From Bdellovibrionales bacterium (lineage in GTDB: Bacteria > Bdellovibrionota > Bdellovibrionia > Bdellovibrionales > UBA1609): a DNA stretch of 64,000 bases. The notes below the pieces were generated by a model. That model ran no database searches and was not told where the DNA came from. It saw nothing but the letters and a program-made list of their open reading frames with translations. The position numbers and the translations under genes are program-made. Below are positions 22,174 to 33,461 of the stretch, in pieces. How positions within the stretch are numbered: position 1 is the first letter of the stretch; each line of letters begins with the position of its first letter. The stretch lies in the NCBI GenBank assembly GCA_965219095.1, contig CBDCMT010000001.1, positions 96,001 through 160,000 on the forward strand, written 5' to 3'.

Positions 22174-23012
22174 CTCTTATACCTTTGATACCGTTCTCTT
22201 ATAAACAGAGCCATAAAATTCATTAAAAACACTACACACAGCAAAACCAGAATACCTGAAGAAGCTAGTTTGTGAAAGTCAGCTTGCGGTCTTCCTGCCC
22301 AATTGTAAATTTGAAGGGGAAGGGCACTAAAAGGATCTCTCAGACTTTCTGGCAAAAAGGCAGAATAGGTCAAACCTCCTATTACAACAAGAGGGGCTGT
22401 TTCTCCTACTGCTCTTGAAAGAGCTAAAATAAGACCTGTTGCAATTTGTGGTAAAGCAGCTGGAACAATTTGTCCAAAAATCACCTGATAGGATCGTGCA
22501 CCTAGAGAGTAGGCTGCAAAACGTAAGTCTTTAGGAATGGATTTCAAAGCCTCTTGAGTTGTGATCACAATTACAGGTAAAATAAGAAGCCCTAAGGTCA
22601 AGCCTCCTGCTAAAAGACTGTTATTTAACCTAAGGAAGTCAGAAAAGATAGCCAAACCCACAAGGCCATAAATCACAGAAGGCATACCTGCTAAAGAGGA
22701 AATGTTAACACCAAACCAAAAACCTTTCTTTGTCTTCTTTGTAAGGTACTCTTGGATAAAAATCCCTGTGATAAGACCTAAAGGAACACTAAAACAAATC
22801 ACAATCAATATGAGGTAACAAGTTCCTACAAGAGACGACAAAACCCCCGATTGCTCAGGAAAACGAGAAGGAAAACTTGTTATAAATTTAAAACTTAAAA
22901 AATCTAAACCATGATATAAAATATAAAGACATAAAAACAAAATAAAAGCTAAACAACTCCAGGTTAAAAATTTACAAACTATTAGAAAAAGAAAATCTTT
23001 TAACTTCCTCAA
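22170..23012 (-). CDS. pstA: Phosphate ABC transporter permease
   Basis: LAGMPSVIYGL, SRAVGETAPL; operon context. Confidence 0.93.
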   Translation of the reverse strand: MRKLKDFLFLIVCKFLTWSCLAFILFLCLYILYHGLDFLSFKFITSFPSRFPEQSGVLSSLVGTCYLILIVICFSVPLGLITGIFIQEYLTKKTKKGFWFGVNISSLAGMPSVIYGLVGLAIFSDFLRLNNSLLAGGLTLGLLILPVIVITTQEALKSIPKDLRFAAYSLGARSYQVIFGQIVPAALPQIATGLILALSRAVGETAPLVVIGGLTYSAFLPESLRDPFSALPLQIYNWAGRPQADFHKLASSGILVLLCVVFLMNFMALFIRERYQRYKR

Positions 23013-23903
23013 AAACTATAATCCTTTTTTCGCATGTATCTTTGTCCCCAAATGTTCATAAAAAATGTTATTAGAAAAAGAACAAATCCTACAGCAAAAC
23101 AAGAAAGGTATTCAACACCTCCTGCTGGAGCATCTCCCATAATCACTTGAACAATATAAGCTGTCATTGTTTGAATAGGCTCTAAGAAATCAAAAGTTAG
23201 TTGAGGGTGAACTCCTGCCGCAAGAGTCACAGCCATGGTCTCTCCTATAGCTCTTGAGACGGCCAAAATAAGACTAGCAATCAAACGAGAAAGACAAGCC
23301 GGTAGCATGACATCAAAAGCCACCTCCACAGGCCTTGCTCCTAAAGCATAAGCTCCTTCTTTTAAATGAGAGGGAAGGTGAGAGAAAGCATCATCACAAA
23401 GAGAAGCCACCATAGGCAAAATAAGAATACCCACTACGATAGCCCCGCTTAAAGCACTAAAAATACCTACTTCAGGAAACAGTTGTTTTAAAGCTGGTGT
23501 AATAAAAGTAAGAGCAAAAAACCCGTACACAATAGTGGGAATGCCTGCTAAAACCTCCAAAATAGGTTTTATATAGCGCTTTTTTTTTTTAGAAACGAGT
23601 TCACTTAAATAAAATGCAATCAAAATACCACAGGGAAAAGCAATTAACAGACTTCCTAAAACAATCATAGCTGTTCCATTAATAAGGGGCCACACACCAA
23701 AATGGCGGGGTGTTAGTAAGGGAGTCCATTGGGTTGTAAGAAAAAACTCAGAAAAAGAAATGGTTTGAAAAAATAAAAAAGCCTCTTTTCCTAGAAGAAT
23801 AACTACAAGGACTGTAAACAATACAGTCAGTAAAGTGATGGCGAAAAATAAGCTCTTAAGTGCTTTATCAAAAAATTTGGAAAAAAAAATTTTTTTCTTG
23901 CAT
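23009..23903 (-). CDS. pstC: Phosphate ABC transporter permease; natural ATG (23903) is out of frame across an A7/T9 run
   Basis: EVLAGIPTIVYGFF, SRAIGETMAV. The frame is open upstream of 23821 without an ATG/GTG, and the ATG after pstS is off by one base. Confidence 0.88.
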
Positions 23904-23906
23904 CCA

Positions 23907-24857
23907 CTAATAATGAGAAGAAATCTTTCTTATGTTTTCATTATATTGTTTATCATTAAGAGGCACATAACCTACTTGTGGAATCACTTGAACTGCCTTT
24001 GACATATAGAAAACAAGGAACTCTTTAAAATGCTTTTGTTTAAGAGCATCTTTTCTTACATAAATGTAAAGCGGTCTAGATAAGGGAGTGTAAGTTCCTT
24101 TCTTTATGGTTTCAAACCCGGGCTTTACACTAGAATTTTTATGCCAAATGGGTACAGCTTTGATTTTTGTTTTATTATAATAATAATAAGAAAAGCCTAG
24201 AAAAGCTAAGGCCTGTTTTTTGCCAGAAACACCTAGGACTAAGATATTATCGTCTTCGCTTTGTGTGTAATCAGAACGTATGCTTCCTGATTTTTTATTG
24301 ATCACCTCTGTAAAATAATCAAAAGTTCCTGAATCTGATCCCGGACCATAAAGATCAATTTTTTCCTTAGGCCAAGAGGATCTTATATCTGACCATTTTT
24401 TCACTTGACTATCTTTTTTCCAAATTTTATGAAGTTCATCTACAGAAAGAAAATCCACCCAAGTATTATCTTTATTCACTATAATAGATAAACCGTCATA
24501 GGCTACAGGAAATTCTAAAAATTCTACGTTTTTTTCCATTAGAAGTTTAACTTCTTTTTCTTTGATCTTACGAGATGCATTGTTAATTAAAGTCTTTCCT
24601 GAGATAAATTTTCTAAAACCACCTCCCGTACCTGAAACCCCTATTCCAATCCTTAATTGAGGAAAAGCTTTCTGTGCTTCTTCCACAATAGATTCCGTAA
24701 TGGGAAAAACTGTACTTGAACCATCTATGGCAATGAAAGAAGACTGTTTATTAGAGGAAGTACAAGAAGTTATAGAAAGGATTACAAAAAGATAAAGCAA
24801 AGAGTAAAAGAGCTTTTTTAAACCTAAAACAGCTTTTTTTATCACTTGAGTTTTCAC
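23907..24857 (-). CDS. pstS: Phosphate-binding lipoprotein
   Basis: [37 protein letters not shown]; lipobox ITSC. Confidence 0.95.
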   Translation of the reverse strand: MKTQVIKKAVLGLKKLFYSLLYLFVILSITSCTSSNKQSSFIAIDGSSTVFPITESIVEEAQKAFPQLRIGIGVSGTGGGFRKFISGKTLINNASRKIKEKEVKLLMEKNVEFLEFPVAYDGLSIIVNKDNTWVDFLSVDELHKIWKKDSQVKKWSDIRSSWPKEKIDLYGPGSDSGTFDYFTEVINKKSGSIRSDYTQSEDDNILVLGVSGKKQALAFLGFSYYYYNKTKIKAVPIWHKNSSVKPGFETIKKGTYTPLSRPLYIYVRKDALKQKHFKEFLVFYMSKAVQVIPQVGYVPLNDKQYNENIRKISSHY

Positions 24858-25133
24858 GGCCTCAAACTAAAAAAAGTAGTTTTGAAAAGCAAGAAAAAAC
24901 TCACAATTTCAACTATGCGTCATCCTCTTGTTCTCCCCTTTTTCTTCTTCACACTTCTTTCAACATGTATGTTTTTTTTGAGTTTGCGACTTGTCACATG
25001 AAGGAGAAAGCCGAGGATGTCCCATTTCTCGGTGGAATTCTGCTCAAAAATGGAGCAGATAAGAGGACTCCCTGGTGGATTTTTAAGTCCACCTAAGGTT
25101 TAACAAAGGTTTAGAATGAATTAAAAATTGTAA

Positions 25134-26540
25134 TACCATTTCCAAAAATTAATTCGACATTCTTTTAACGCATAGCGTCCTGGCTTTTTGATCAAACTCT
25201 GTTAAATTTTTAGAGTGTCGAAAAAAGATTTAGTTACACAAATTCAAGGGTATGATTTTCTAGCTACTTACAAAGTAGAAAGAAGTGCCAACATCAAGAT
25301 AAAACTCCAAGCTTTGCAGCATATGCAAGAAGGAAAATCGATTCAAGAAACAGCAAGTATAGTTTTCTATCACCGTCACAGTATCAAATCCTGGTTACAG
25401 TCTTTTGTAGACTTTGATTACGAGGGGTTGATAGATCGAGAAGGCAGAGGGCGCAAGCCTCGTTTACCAGTGACAGAAGAAGAGAACTTCAAAATCAAGT
25501 TAGATGAAATTCAAGACAAGAGAGAAGGAGGAAGCATAGGAGCAAAGGGAATACAGGAACTTTTAGCAAATGAATTTGACTGTTGCTATTCTCTTTCTGG
25601 GGTTTATGTTTCTTTAGACCGCCTTAATATTGTATGGATCAGTGGTCGTTCTCTTCATCCTAAAAGTTCATTAAGAAGCTATGGAACAGTTTAAGGAACA
25701 TTTTCCAGAAGAGGTGAAGAAAATAAAGGAAAAGATTCAGACTCATAAAATAGAGATTTGGTGGCAGGATGAATGCAGAATAAGCTCAGCAAGGTTCTTT
25801 AAGCAGGATTTGGGCAAGAAAAGGCACACGACCTAGAGTTGTGAGACAAAGACAATTTTTATCCACTTATATTTTTGGAGCAGTTTGTCCGGATAAAGAT
25901 AAAGGCTGTGCTTGGGTTTTACCGGAATGTAATTCAGGGATGATGCAAATTCACTTAGATGAGATATCTAAAAATATTCAAGAAAACTATCATGGAATTG
26001 TTTTAATGGACAGAGCCAGTTGGCATACCACAGAGACTTTGATAGTTCCTAAGAATTTATCCCTGATGCCTTTACCTCCTTATAGTCCAGAATTAAATCC
26101 CATGGAACAAGTCTGGCAACAATTACGAAGGATCAAATTATCGAATGCATGTTTTAAAAACTATGACCATATACTGAATACTTGTTGTGAGGCCTGGAAT
26201 ACTTTTTGCGATCAGGAGGGCAGGATTAAAAAATTATGCACTCGATCTTGGGCAAAACAACAAGATGAATCAAGCTTGTAAATTAATTTGAACCTATAAA
26301 TTAAATTGCGTAACTGATTTTTTTCATTTTACATCTTAACCTCACTTTTTTACACTTATTTTAACCCATCAATCGATTCACACAACAATAGATATACATA
26401 AAATAAACATATCTTATGAAAACTCAACCTCCCTTCAAAAAAAACTTTTTTAAAGCCTCCTAATTGAAACTTTTCCTTAAGTCAATTTTAAAATTTTAAA
26501 TTTGAACATAAAAATGTCGAATTAATTTTTGGAAATGGTA
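25134..26540 (+). mobile_element. IS630-family element (type A) with frameshifted transposase 25215-26281
   Basis: IRs TACCATTTCCAAAAATTAATTCGAC at both ends; WWQDECR, MDRASWH, LPPYSPELNPMEQVW. Confidence 0.92.
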
Positions 26541-26684
26541 AGAAGAATAGACGTTTCAAGCCTCTTAGGAATTACAGAGTTACATTTTACAGGTTCAATT
26601 ACTTTTAGGAAAGATGGAAGTCCTATAGAAAGTAAAGACGTGACTCCTGATGTGATTTATTCTTTGACTCCAAATGACTACTAA
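26541..26684 (+). pseudogene. Possible C-terminal remnant of an S41/CPAF-like peptidase
   Basis: Reads LGITELHFTGSITFRKDGSPIESKDVTPDVIY*, resembling S41 tails; begins exactly at the IS630 end. Confidence 0.4.
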
Positions 26685-26691
26685 AATAACT

Positions 26692-27180
26692 TCATTCCGA
26701 ATCACACCAGTCAAGCTTATTTTGACATACAATGATAGTTTCTTTTTTAGATTCTCCTAAGGAGATGGTAAATCTGTATTTTTTGGTATTTTTGGTATCA
26801 AGATCGATTTTTCTAAAGCATCGTAAAAACTGAAGATGAAACCTCCCCTTTTTACATTTATGATCGTAATTAGAATAGATATAATCAATAGGATTTTCAG
26901 CACATGACTTATAAAAATCTTTTTCGAATGCATGGCTTTTCCACTGATCTTTTTCTTCTTTCTTACTTTCCACTTTGTAATGGAAAGTAAGGTCTGCATT
27001 TCCTTGATCGTTGCATCGGCCTCTTATATCAAAATTGGCGAATGATTTACCTTCAGTGGAATTAAAGTTACGGAAATAAATAGCTGGGTTTTGGGTCAAA
27101 ATGGTTACATCAGCAGATTCGCTTTGAGATAAGAGAGGATAAAAAAACGATAAAGAAAAAATGAAAATAAAAGACTTCAT
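26692..27180 (-). CDS. Hypothetical secreted Cys-containing protein
   Basis: 162 aa, signal peptide, six Cys. Confidence 0.7.
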   Translation of the reverse strand: MKSFIFIFSLSFFYPLLSQSESADVTILTQNPAIYFRNFNSTEGKSFANFDIRGRCNDQGNADLTFHYKVESKKEEKDQWKSHAFEKDFYKSCAENPIDYIYSNYDHKCKKGRFHLQFLRCFRKIDLDTKNTKKYRFTISLGESKKETIIVCQNKLDWCDSE

Positions 27181-27263
27181 ATTAAGAATATCGTCTTATT
27201 CTTCAAAAAACTTTAGATTTTTTAAGTGTATCTTTTTAAGACATTTCATTATATAAAAGACTT

Positions 27264-28703
27264 ATGTTATTAATAATCTATATTTTTTTTCCTCTTTTAG
27301 CGGACTTCTCTTTTCATTTGTTCTCTGAGCCCTTTGGACTCGGCCCTTCCTATATTAAACCCTCATCTAGTAATTATCTTGTCAATAACATTTACAGCTC
27401 TCTTTTTCGTTATGACAATTATTTAGGTCTAAGGCCTGAAGGTGCTGAAAAATGCCAATTTTCTCCCTCAGGACTTCAGATCACATGCCAACTCAATAAG
27501 GCCTTCAAATTTAGCGATGGCTCTCCTGTTTTAGCCTCTCACTACGTGAAAGCCTTTAGAGAGCTTATGAGGCCTCACATAAAGAATTCACAAAAACAGC
27601 TTCTCTTAGGACTGAAAGGATTTTACGGCATTTTAAAAGGCTCCCAACCCATAAACCGCTTAGGGGTGAAAGCTCAAGGACCCTATAAACTTTTATTTGA
27701 GCTCGAAATTCCTGACAAAGAGTTTCTTTACCGTCTTATTTCACCCCTTCTTTCAGCTCATAAAACCTTCACCTCTGTTTCGAAAGACAAGGCTTATAAG
27801 CTTATCACCACAGGTCCTTACCTTATCAAGGAATGGAAGAAAGGACAACATGTTCTTTTAAAACCCAATCCCCATTACTTTAAAAAACATCCAAGACCTG
27901 ATGTAAAAGTTTATTTTATTTCCGATAACACTACGGCCTTGAATCTTTATAAAAACCAAACCTTAACCTTTTTAAGACGTGTAGAGACCTCTCAAATCCC
28001 TCAGTTAGGAAAAAGAAAAGACTTTCAGCGAATCCCTATTTTAAGATTTGATTACATAGGTTTTAACAAGGAAATGGATGAGAACTTAAGAAAAGCTCTC
28101 ATCCATTCTATTGATTACAAACAACTTCAAAAGCTCTACCATGCTCGTAAAAGACCAGGCTGTATAGCCCTTTCTTTTGTAGGAGCTAGGAAAGAACATT
28201 GTTATGATTTTAATATAAAAAAAGCAAGATATTTTTTTAAAAAAATCAAGCATCCTAAAAAAACATACTCTCTTTACTTCAGTCGTCTTGGTGGAAAAGA
28301 TCATATGCGTGGCATGCAATTCATACAAAAACAATGGGAAAAAATTTTAAATTTTAAAGTCTCTCTTAAGCCTATAGAGCAAAAATCTTATTTAGAAAGA
28401 CTTAAAACAAAACCTCCTTTTTTATTTAGAAAAGGCTTATCTTTGGATCGTCCCACCTGCAGGGCAGCTTTAGAGATTTTTTTCAAAAATCATCCTGAAA
28501 ATTACATTGGTCTTCAGAGTAAGGAGTATGAAAGTTTTGTAAAAGCAAATCAATGCGATAAAGGGCTTTCTTTTCTCATGAAAAACTATAAACTCATTCC
28601 TATGGGTTCTATAGACTTTAGCATCTTAGCAAGTCCTCAATTTAAAAACTGGAAACTCAACCGTCTCAACCATCTAGACCTTTCAGAACTCATCTCAAAT
28701 TGA
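27264..28703 (+). CDS. Peptide ABC transporter substrate-binding protein (OppA-like, family 5)
   Basis: KFSDGSPVLA, LGVKA, TGPYLIKEW, LKPNPHY, LRKAL motifs. Confidence 0.88.
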   Translation: MLLIIYIFFPLLADFSFHLFSEPFGLGPSYIKPSSSNYLVNNIYSSLFRYDNYLGLRPEGAEKCQFSPSGLQITCQLNKAFKFSDGSPVLASHYVKAFRELMRPHIKNSQKQLLLGLKGFYGILKGSQPINRLGVKAQGPYKLLFELEIPDKEFLYRLISPLLSAHKTFTSVSKDKAYKLITTGPYLIKEWKKGQHVLLKPNPHYFKKHPRPDVKVYFISDNTTALNLYKNQTLTFLRRVETSQIPQLGKRKDFQRIPILRFDYIGFNKEMDENLRKALIHSIDYKQLQKLYHARKRPGCIALSFVGARKEHCYDFNIKKARYFFKKIKHPKKTYSLYFSRLGGKDHMRGMQFIQKQWEKILNFKVSLKPIEQKSYLERLKTKPPFLFRKGLSLDRPTCRAALEIFFKNHPENYIGLQSKEYESFVKANQCDKGLSFLMKNYKLIPMGSIDFSILASPQFKNWKLNRLNHLDLSELISN

Positions 28704-28741
28704 AACAATTAAACTTATTCTTAAAAACATCCGATAGAAGT

Positions 28742-28999
28742 ATAAAGCAAAAAAGGAGTTGTTATGCAAAAAAAGAAAAAAAGTAAAAATGAAAAAAACA
28801 ATGTTATACCCTTTCTTCCACAAACATCCTCTTGTCTGACTTGTCATAAAAAGGTAAATCGTATGTATTTTTGTGAAGAACATTTTCTGTGGTTTAAAGA
28901 GGGTTTGATTGATAAAAATGGAAAAAAGCCTAAAGACTTCCAGAAAAAATATACCCTCTTTCTGAAAAAATATAAAAAATCAGCTTAAGATTTCCTACT
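28742..28999 (+). repeat. 258-bp target-site duplication of the IS1634 element (copy 2: 32348-32794, including a 189-bp later insertion)
   Basis: Identical sequence directly abuts both IS1634 ends. Confidence 0.93.
28764..28988 (+). CDS. 74-aa basic protein with CxxC...CxxH putative zinc finger (copy 1)
   Basis: SD AAGGAG; CLTC and FCEEHF motifs. Confidence 0.75.
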   Translation: MQKKKKSKNEKNNVIPFLPQTSSCLTCHKKVNRMYFCEEHFLWFKEGLIDKNGKKPKDFQKKYTLFLKKYKKSA

Positions 29000-31900
29000 C
29001 CTGACTTCGACACAACACACTGCAACAAGTGAATAATTTCAAATAGTTACAATTTTTGGGGCCACAGGAAAGGGTTTTTTAAAGGTCGACAGATGTTGTG
29101 GGAATGAGGCTCATAGAAGAGTTTCTTTTAAGCGAAAAAGCACTATAAATTTCTTCTACTTCCTTTGTACAACCTGAGGGAAGGCGATAAAGTTTTTTCG
29201 TCTTTTTTTCTTCTAAAATACTGTACTGATCTCTTTTTAAGATCTTTCTCATTCTTTCAAAACTTAAATTAAGTCCTGCTTGTTTGAGTTTATAAACCAT
29301 TGTGTAAGAGATCGCATAGGCTAAAAAACAAATGGCAATGTGAGTTTCTATTCTTCTTTTTTTCCAATGATAAACAGGCCTCATCTTTAACGTCGTCTTA
29401 TTCACTCTAAAAGCCTCTTCTATTCTCCAAAGATCTCTGTAATACCAATTACAGAAATTAATTCGACATTTTCATGTTCAAATTTAAAATTTTAAAATTG
29501 ACTTAAGGAAAAGTTTCAGTTAGGAGGTTTTAAAAAAACTTCTTTTAAGGTGAGTTTAAGTTTTCATAAGATAAGTTTATTTCAGGTATATCTATTTGTT
29601 GTGTAAATCGATTGATGGGTTAAAATAAGTGTAAAAAAGTGAGGTTAAAATTTAAAATGACAAAAATCAGTTACACAATTTAATTTATAGGTTCAAATTA
29701 ATTTACAAGCTTGATTCATCTTGTTGTTTTCCCCAAGATCGAGTGCATAATTTTTTAATCCTGCCCTCCTGATCGCAAAAAGTATTCCAGGCCTCACAAC
29801 AAGTATTCAGTATATGGTCATAGTTTTTAAAACATGCATTCGATAATTTGATCCTTCGTAATTGTTGCCAGACTTGTTCCATGGGATTTAATTCTGGACT
29901 ATAAGGAGGTAAAGGCATCAGGGATAAATTCTTAGGAACTATCAAAGTCTCTGTGGTATGCCAACTGGCTCTGTCCATTAAAACAATTCCATGATAGTTT
30001 TCTTGAATATTTTTAGATATCTCATCTAAGTGAATTTGCATCATCCCTGAATTACATTCCGGTAAAATCCAAGCACAGCCTTTATCTCTATCCGGACAAA
30101 CTGCTCCAAAAATATAAGTGGATAAAAATTGTCTTTGCCTCACAACTCTAGGCCGTGTGCCTTTTCTTGCCCAAATCCTACTCAAAGAACCTTGCTGAGC
30201 TTATTCTGCATTCATCCTGCCACCAAATCTCTATTTTATTAGTCTGAATCTTTTCCTTTATTTTCTCCACCTCTTCTGGAAAATGTTCCTTAAACTGTTC
30301 CATAGCTTCTTAATGAACTTTTAGGATGAAGAGAACGACCACTGATCCATACAATATTAAGGCGGTCTAAAGAAACATAAACCCCAGAAAGAGAATAGCA
30401 ACAGTCAAATTCATCTGCTAAAAGTTTCTGTATTTCCTTTGCTCCTATGCTTCCTCCCTCTCTTTTGTCTTGAATTTCATCTAACTTGATTTTGAACCTC
30501 TCCTCTTCTGTCACTGGCAAACGAGGCTTGCGTCCTCTGCCTTCTCGATCTATCAATCCCTCGTAATCAAAGTCTACAAAAAAAGACTGTAACCAGGATT
30601 TGATACTGTGACGGTGATACAAAACCATACCTGCTGTTTCTTGAATCGATTTTCCTTCTTGCATATGCTGCAAAGCCAATAATTTTGTCTTGATGTTGGC
30701 ACTTCTTTCCACTTTGTAAGTAGCCAGAAAATTATACCCTTGAATCTGTGTAACTAAATCTTTTTTCGACATGACTCTAAAAATTTAACAGAGTTTTATC
30801 AAAAAGCCAGGACGCAATGCGTTAAAAAAATGTCGAATTAATTTTTGGAAATGGTATAACGACTTAAAAGCTCACTGGCTGTCTTGTTTTGAACATTTGT
30901 TATAATTCCGTGAAGACCGTCCCACAAAGCTTCTTTTTCTATTTTCTCCTCATCTATGGTCACTTTCACATTGTCAACTTTAATAAAACGTTTGGTCCCA
31001 TGATTGGAGATCAACTGACTCACAGGAATCTCCTTGTTTCTTACTTTCTTCATCAAACGATTGATCAAACGCTCTCTTTGATTTTGATCTCTTTTGGCTC
31101 TTTTGTTCGAATAACTAACTATCAATCTTTTTCCTTCATGCTCTAGCTCTTTCACCCAAAAAAGATGAGACGTATCACAAGCCATTTGGCTGGGCTTATA
31201 GTTTTTATGACTTAAAACCTCTTCTTTTTTCTTGCTAGAAAGGGATTTTAACTTTGCAGCCACAACATACTCTATCCCCATCTTATCCATAGTCTCTAAA
31301 TTCTTTCTTACAAACATAGCTCTATCAGCTACTAAAACAGCTCTTCTTACATTAAAACGAGTCTTTAGCTTATTTATAGACTCTACCAGTGTAGCCCCCT
31401 CACTTGTATTGCCCGGAAAAAGTTCATAGCTTATAGGATGGCCTTGTGAGTTTGTCATAAGTGCCAAAACAACCTGTGTCTCTTTAAATTTACAATCTTT
31501 ACTAAAACCAAACCTGCGAATCTCATCCTCTGAAAAGCTCTCAAAATACAAGCTCCTCACATCATAAAGCAAAACATCCACCTCATGGTTAAACAAAGAC
31601 AAGGTGTTCTCAGATACCTTTTTCTTCGAGGTCTCAATAAAAGGATAAAAACGATCCATAGCCCTATAAACTTTCTCTAAAGGAATCTGTCGGTTAAAAT
31701 CTTCAAAAAGTGTTTCTACACTACCTCTTTTTGATTCTGGATTAAAAACTCTTGATAAAACACAGTGCTTTAAAATATCATTCCACTCTAAATCTTTCTT
31801 TGTACCCTCAATCAAATTTACAAAACCTAACTCAGCATAAAGCTCATTAAAAACTTTCTCAATACCACAAACAACACGCTTTTTCTCCTCTAAAATACTG

Positions 31901-32347
31901 CCTGAAAACTGGAAATCTTTCTCACTCTTTTTTTTCTTCTCTTTCTTCTTCTTCTCCTTAGGCCTTTTACCATAAACTAGCTTCTCACAACCTGGAAGCA
32001 CAGGATTTCTTTGATTCTTAATGTCTATGATCAACTCTTCTGCTAACTTCTTAGCTTTTTTAACTTCCTTATCACTTGCAAAAATACCCATAGAACGAAT
32101 GGTCTTTTGTACACACTTCCCCTTAAGCCAAACAGACTCTACAATCCGTACACTTTTTTTACCCTTAGACTTTGATGTTACTTTTATAAACATTCTTCAA
32201 AAAGGCTAAACAACTTTTGCAAACTTGTAAAATGGGTCAGGGCCACAGAACCAACCTAAAATCTGTGTATAACTCCTTCAACTAAAAACTAGAGGCAAAA
32301 GAACGGAAATATTTTTTTTTAACTCACTGTGTTGTGTCGAAGTCAGG
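29000..32347 (-). mobile_element. IS1634-family element, transposase (32193 to 29079) split by IS630
   Basis: IRs CCTGACTTCGACACAACAC; FGFSKD, VADRAM, and rejoined YRDLWRIEEAFRVNK..LKMRPVYHW...IETHIAICFLAY. Confidence 0.93.
29443..30856 (-). mobile_element. IS630-family element (type A, copy 2) nested in IS1634
   Basis: IRs TACCA...TGGTA flanked by TAA on both sides; ORFs 30290-30772 and 29703-30185 closely match copy 1. Confidence 0.93.
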
Positions 32348-32369
32348 ATAAAGCAAAAAAGGAGTTGTT

Positions 32370-32594
32370 ATGCAAAAAAAGAAAAAAAGTAAAAATGAAA
32401 AAAACAATGTTATACCCTTTCTTCCACAAACATCCTCTTGTCTGACTTGTCATAAAAAGGTAAATCGTATGTATTTTTGTGAAGAACATTTTCTGTGGTT
32501 TAAAGAGGGTTTGATTGATAAAAATGGAAAAAAGCCTAAAGACTTCCAGAAAAAATATACCCTCTTTCTGAAAAAATATAAAAAATCAGCTTAA
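32370..32594 (+). CDS. 74-aa putative zinc-finger protein (identical copy 2)
   Basis: Identical to 28764-28988; lies inside the long TSD. Confidence 0.75.
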   Translation: MQKKKKSKNEKNNVIPFLPQTSSCLTCHKKVNRMYFCEEHFLWFKEGLIDKNGKKPKDFQKKYTLFLKKYKKSA

Positions 32595-32601
32595 GATTTC
32601 C

Positions 32602-32782
32602 GTAAGTCGGTTTCTTAACAGCCCTTGACTTCTGTGGAGAGGATGTTTCTTAGATTTTAACGGGGTTTTTTTGAAAGAAGTGTAGTCAGTATAAGTTAGG
32701 AGCGGTTTAAAAACCGAGTTACGACTCATCTAAGAAATATCCTCCTCAGTAGAAGTCAAGGGCTGTTAAGAAACCGACTTAC
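32602..32782. mobile_element. 181-bp IS66-derived miniature element (MITE-like)
   Basis: ~32-bp perfect IRs GTAAGTCGGTTTCTTAACAGCCCTTGACTTCT; 8-bp TSD AGATTTCC (32594-32601, 32783-32790); empty site at 28988-28995. Confidence 0.92.
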
Positions 32783-33023
32783 AGATTTCCTACTTATCAA
32801 TTCACTAGTGCAACCTTTTCTTTTAACAAATCTAAACTTTCTGGTAACTTTTTTTGCGAAAAAAACTCTCACACAAAATTAGCTTTGTATAGGGCTGTTC
32901 AAAAACCGATTTACAGTCTAATGGAAACCCAAAAGGTATTGTAACAACTATTATTTTGGAAAATTGTCTCATCTTCTACCGTTAAGGGATCTAATGGAGT
33001 GGTTTTGTTATTTTTTTAGGATT

Positions 33024-33461
33024 TTAAGAAGACCTTTGGTGTAAAAAAGCTGTAGCATAGAATTTGATCTGTTTTAACATAGAAAGAAGTCCATTAGAGC
33101 GGTTGAGGCTTAAATGTTTTTCAAACTCTAAAGTTCCAAAAAAAGAGGCTTTTGTGTCTAAAATTTCCTTTGGTGTAAGTCCTGAATAAAGCTCTAAAAG
33201 AAGGGCAATTAAGCCTTTTGTAATCAAAGCATCACTATCGCTTTCAAAAATCACCTTACCTTCCTTTAAATAGGCTCTTAGCCAAACCTGAGCTTGACAG
33301 CCTTTGACTTTATAATCCTCTACTTTAAACCCCTCATCTAAAACTTTAAGTTTTTTCCCTTGCTCAATGATTTTTTTGTACCTTTCCTCCCAAGAGGACA
33401 TGTTTTGAAACCTTTCGATAATTCTTTGGTTTCTTTCGCAAAATTTAACGCTATGAGTTAT
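33024..33461 (-). CDS. sufE: Fe-S cluster sulfur-acceptor SufE-family protein
   Basis: WEERYKKIIEQGK, VKGCQAQVWL, SDSDALITKGL, LSLNRSNGL; probable ATA start at 33461 (in-frame ATG at 33401). Confidence 0.9.
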   Translation of the reverse strand: MTHSVKFCERNQRIIERFQNMSSWEERYKKIIEQGKKLKVLDEGFKVEDYKVKGCQAQVWLRAYLKEGKVIFESDSDALITKGLIALLLELYSGLTPKEILDTKASFFGTLEFEKHLSLNRSNGLLSMLKQIKFYATAFLHQRSS

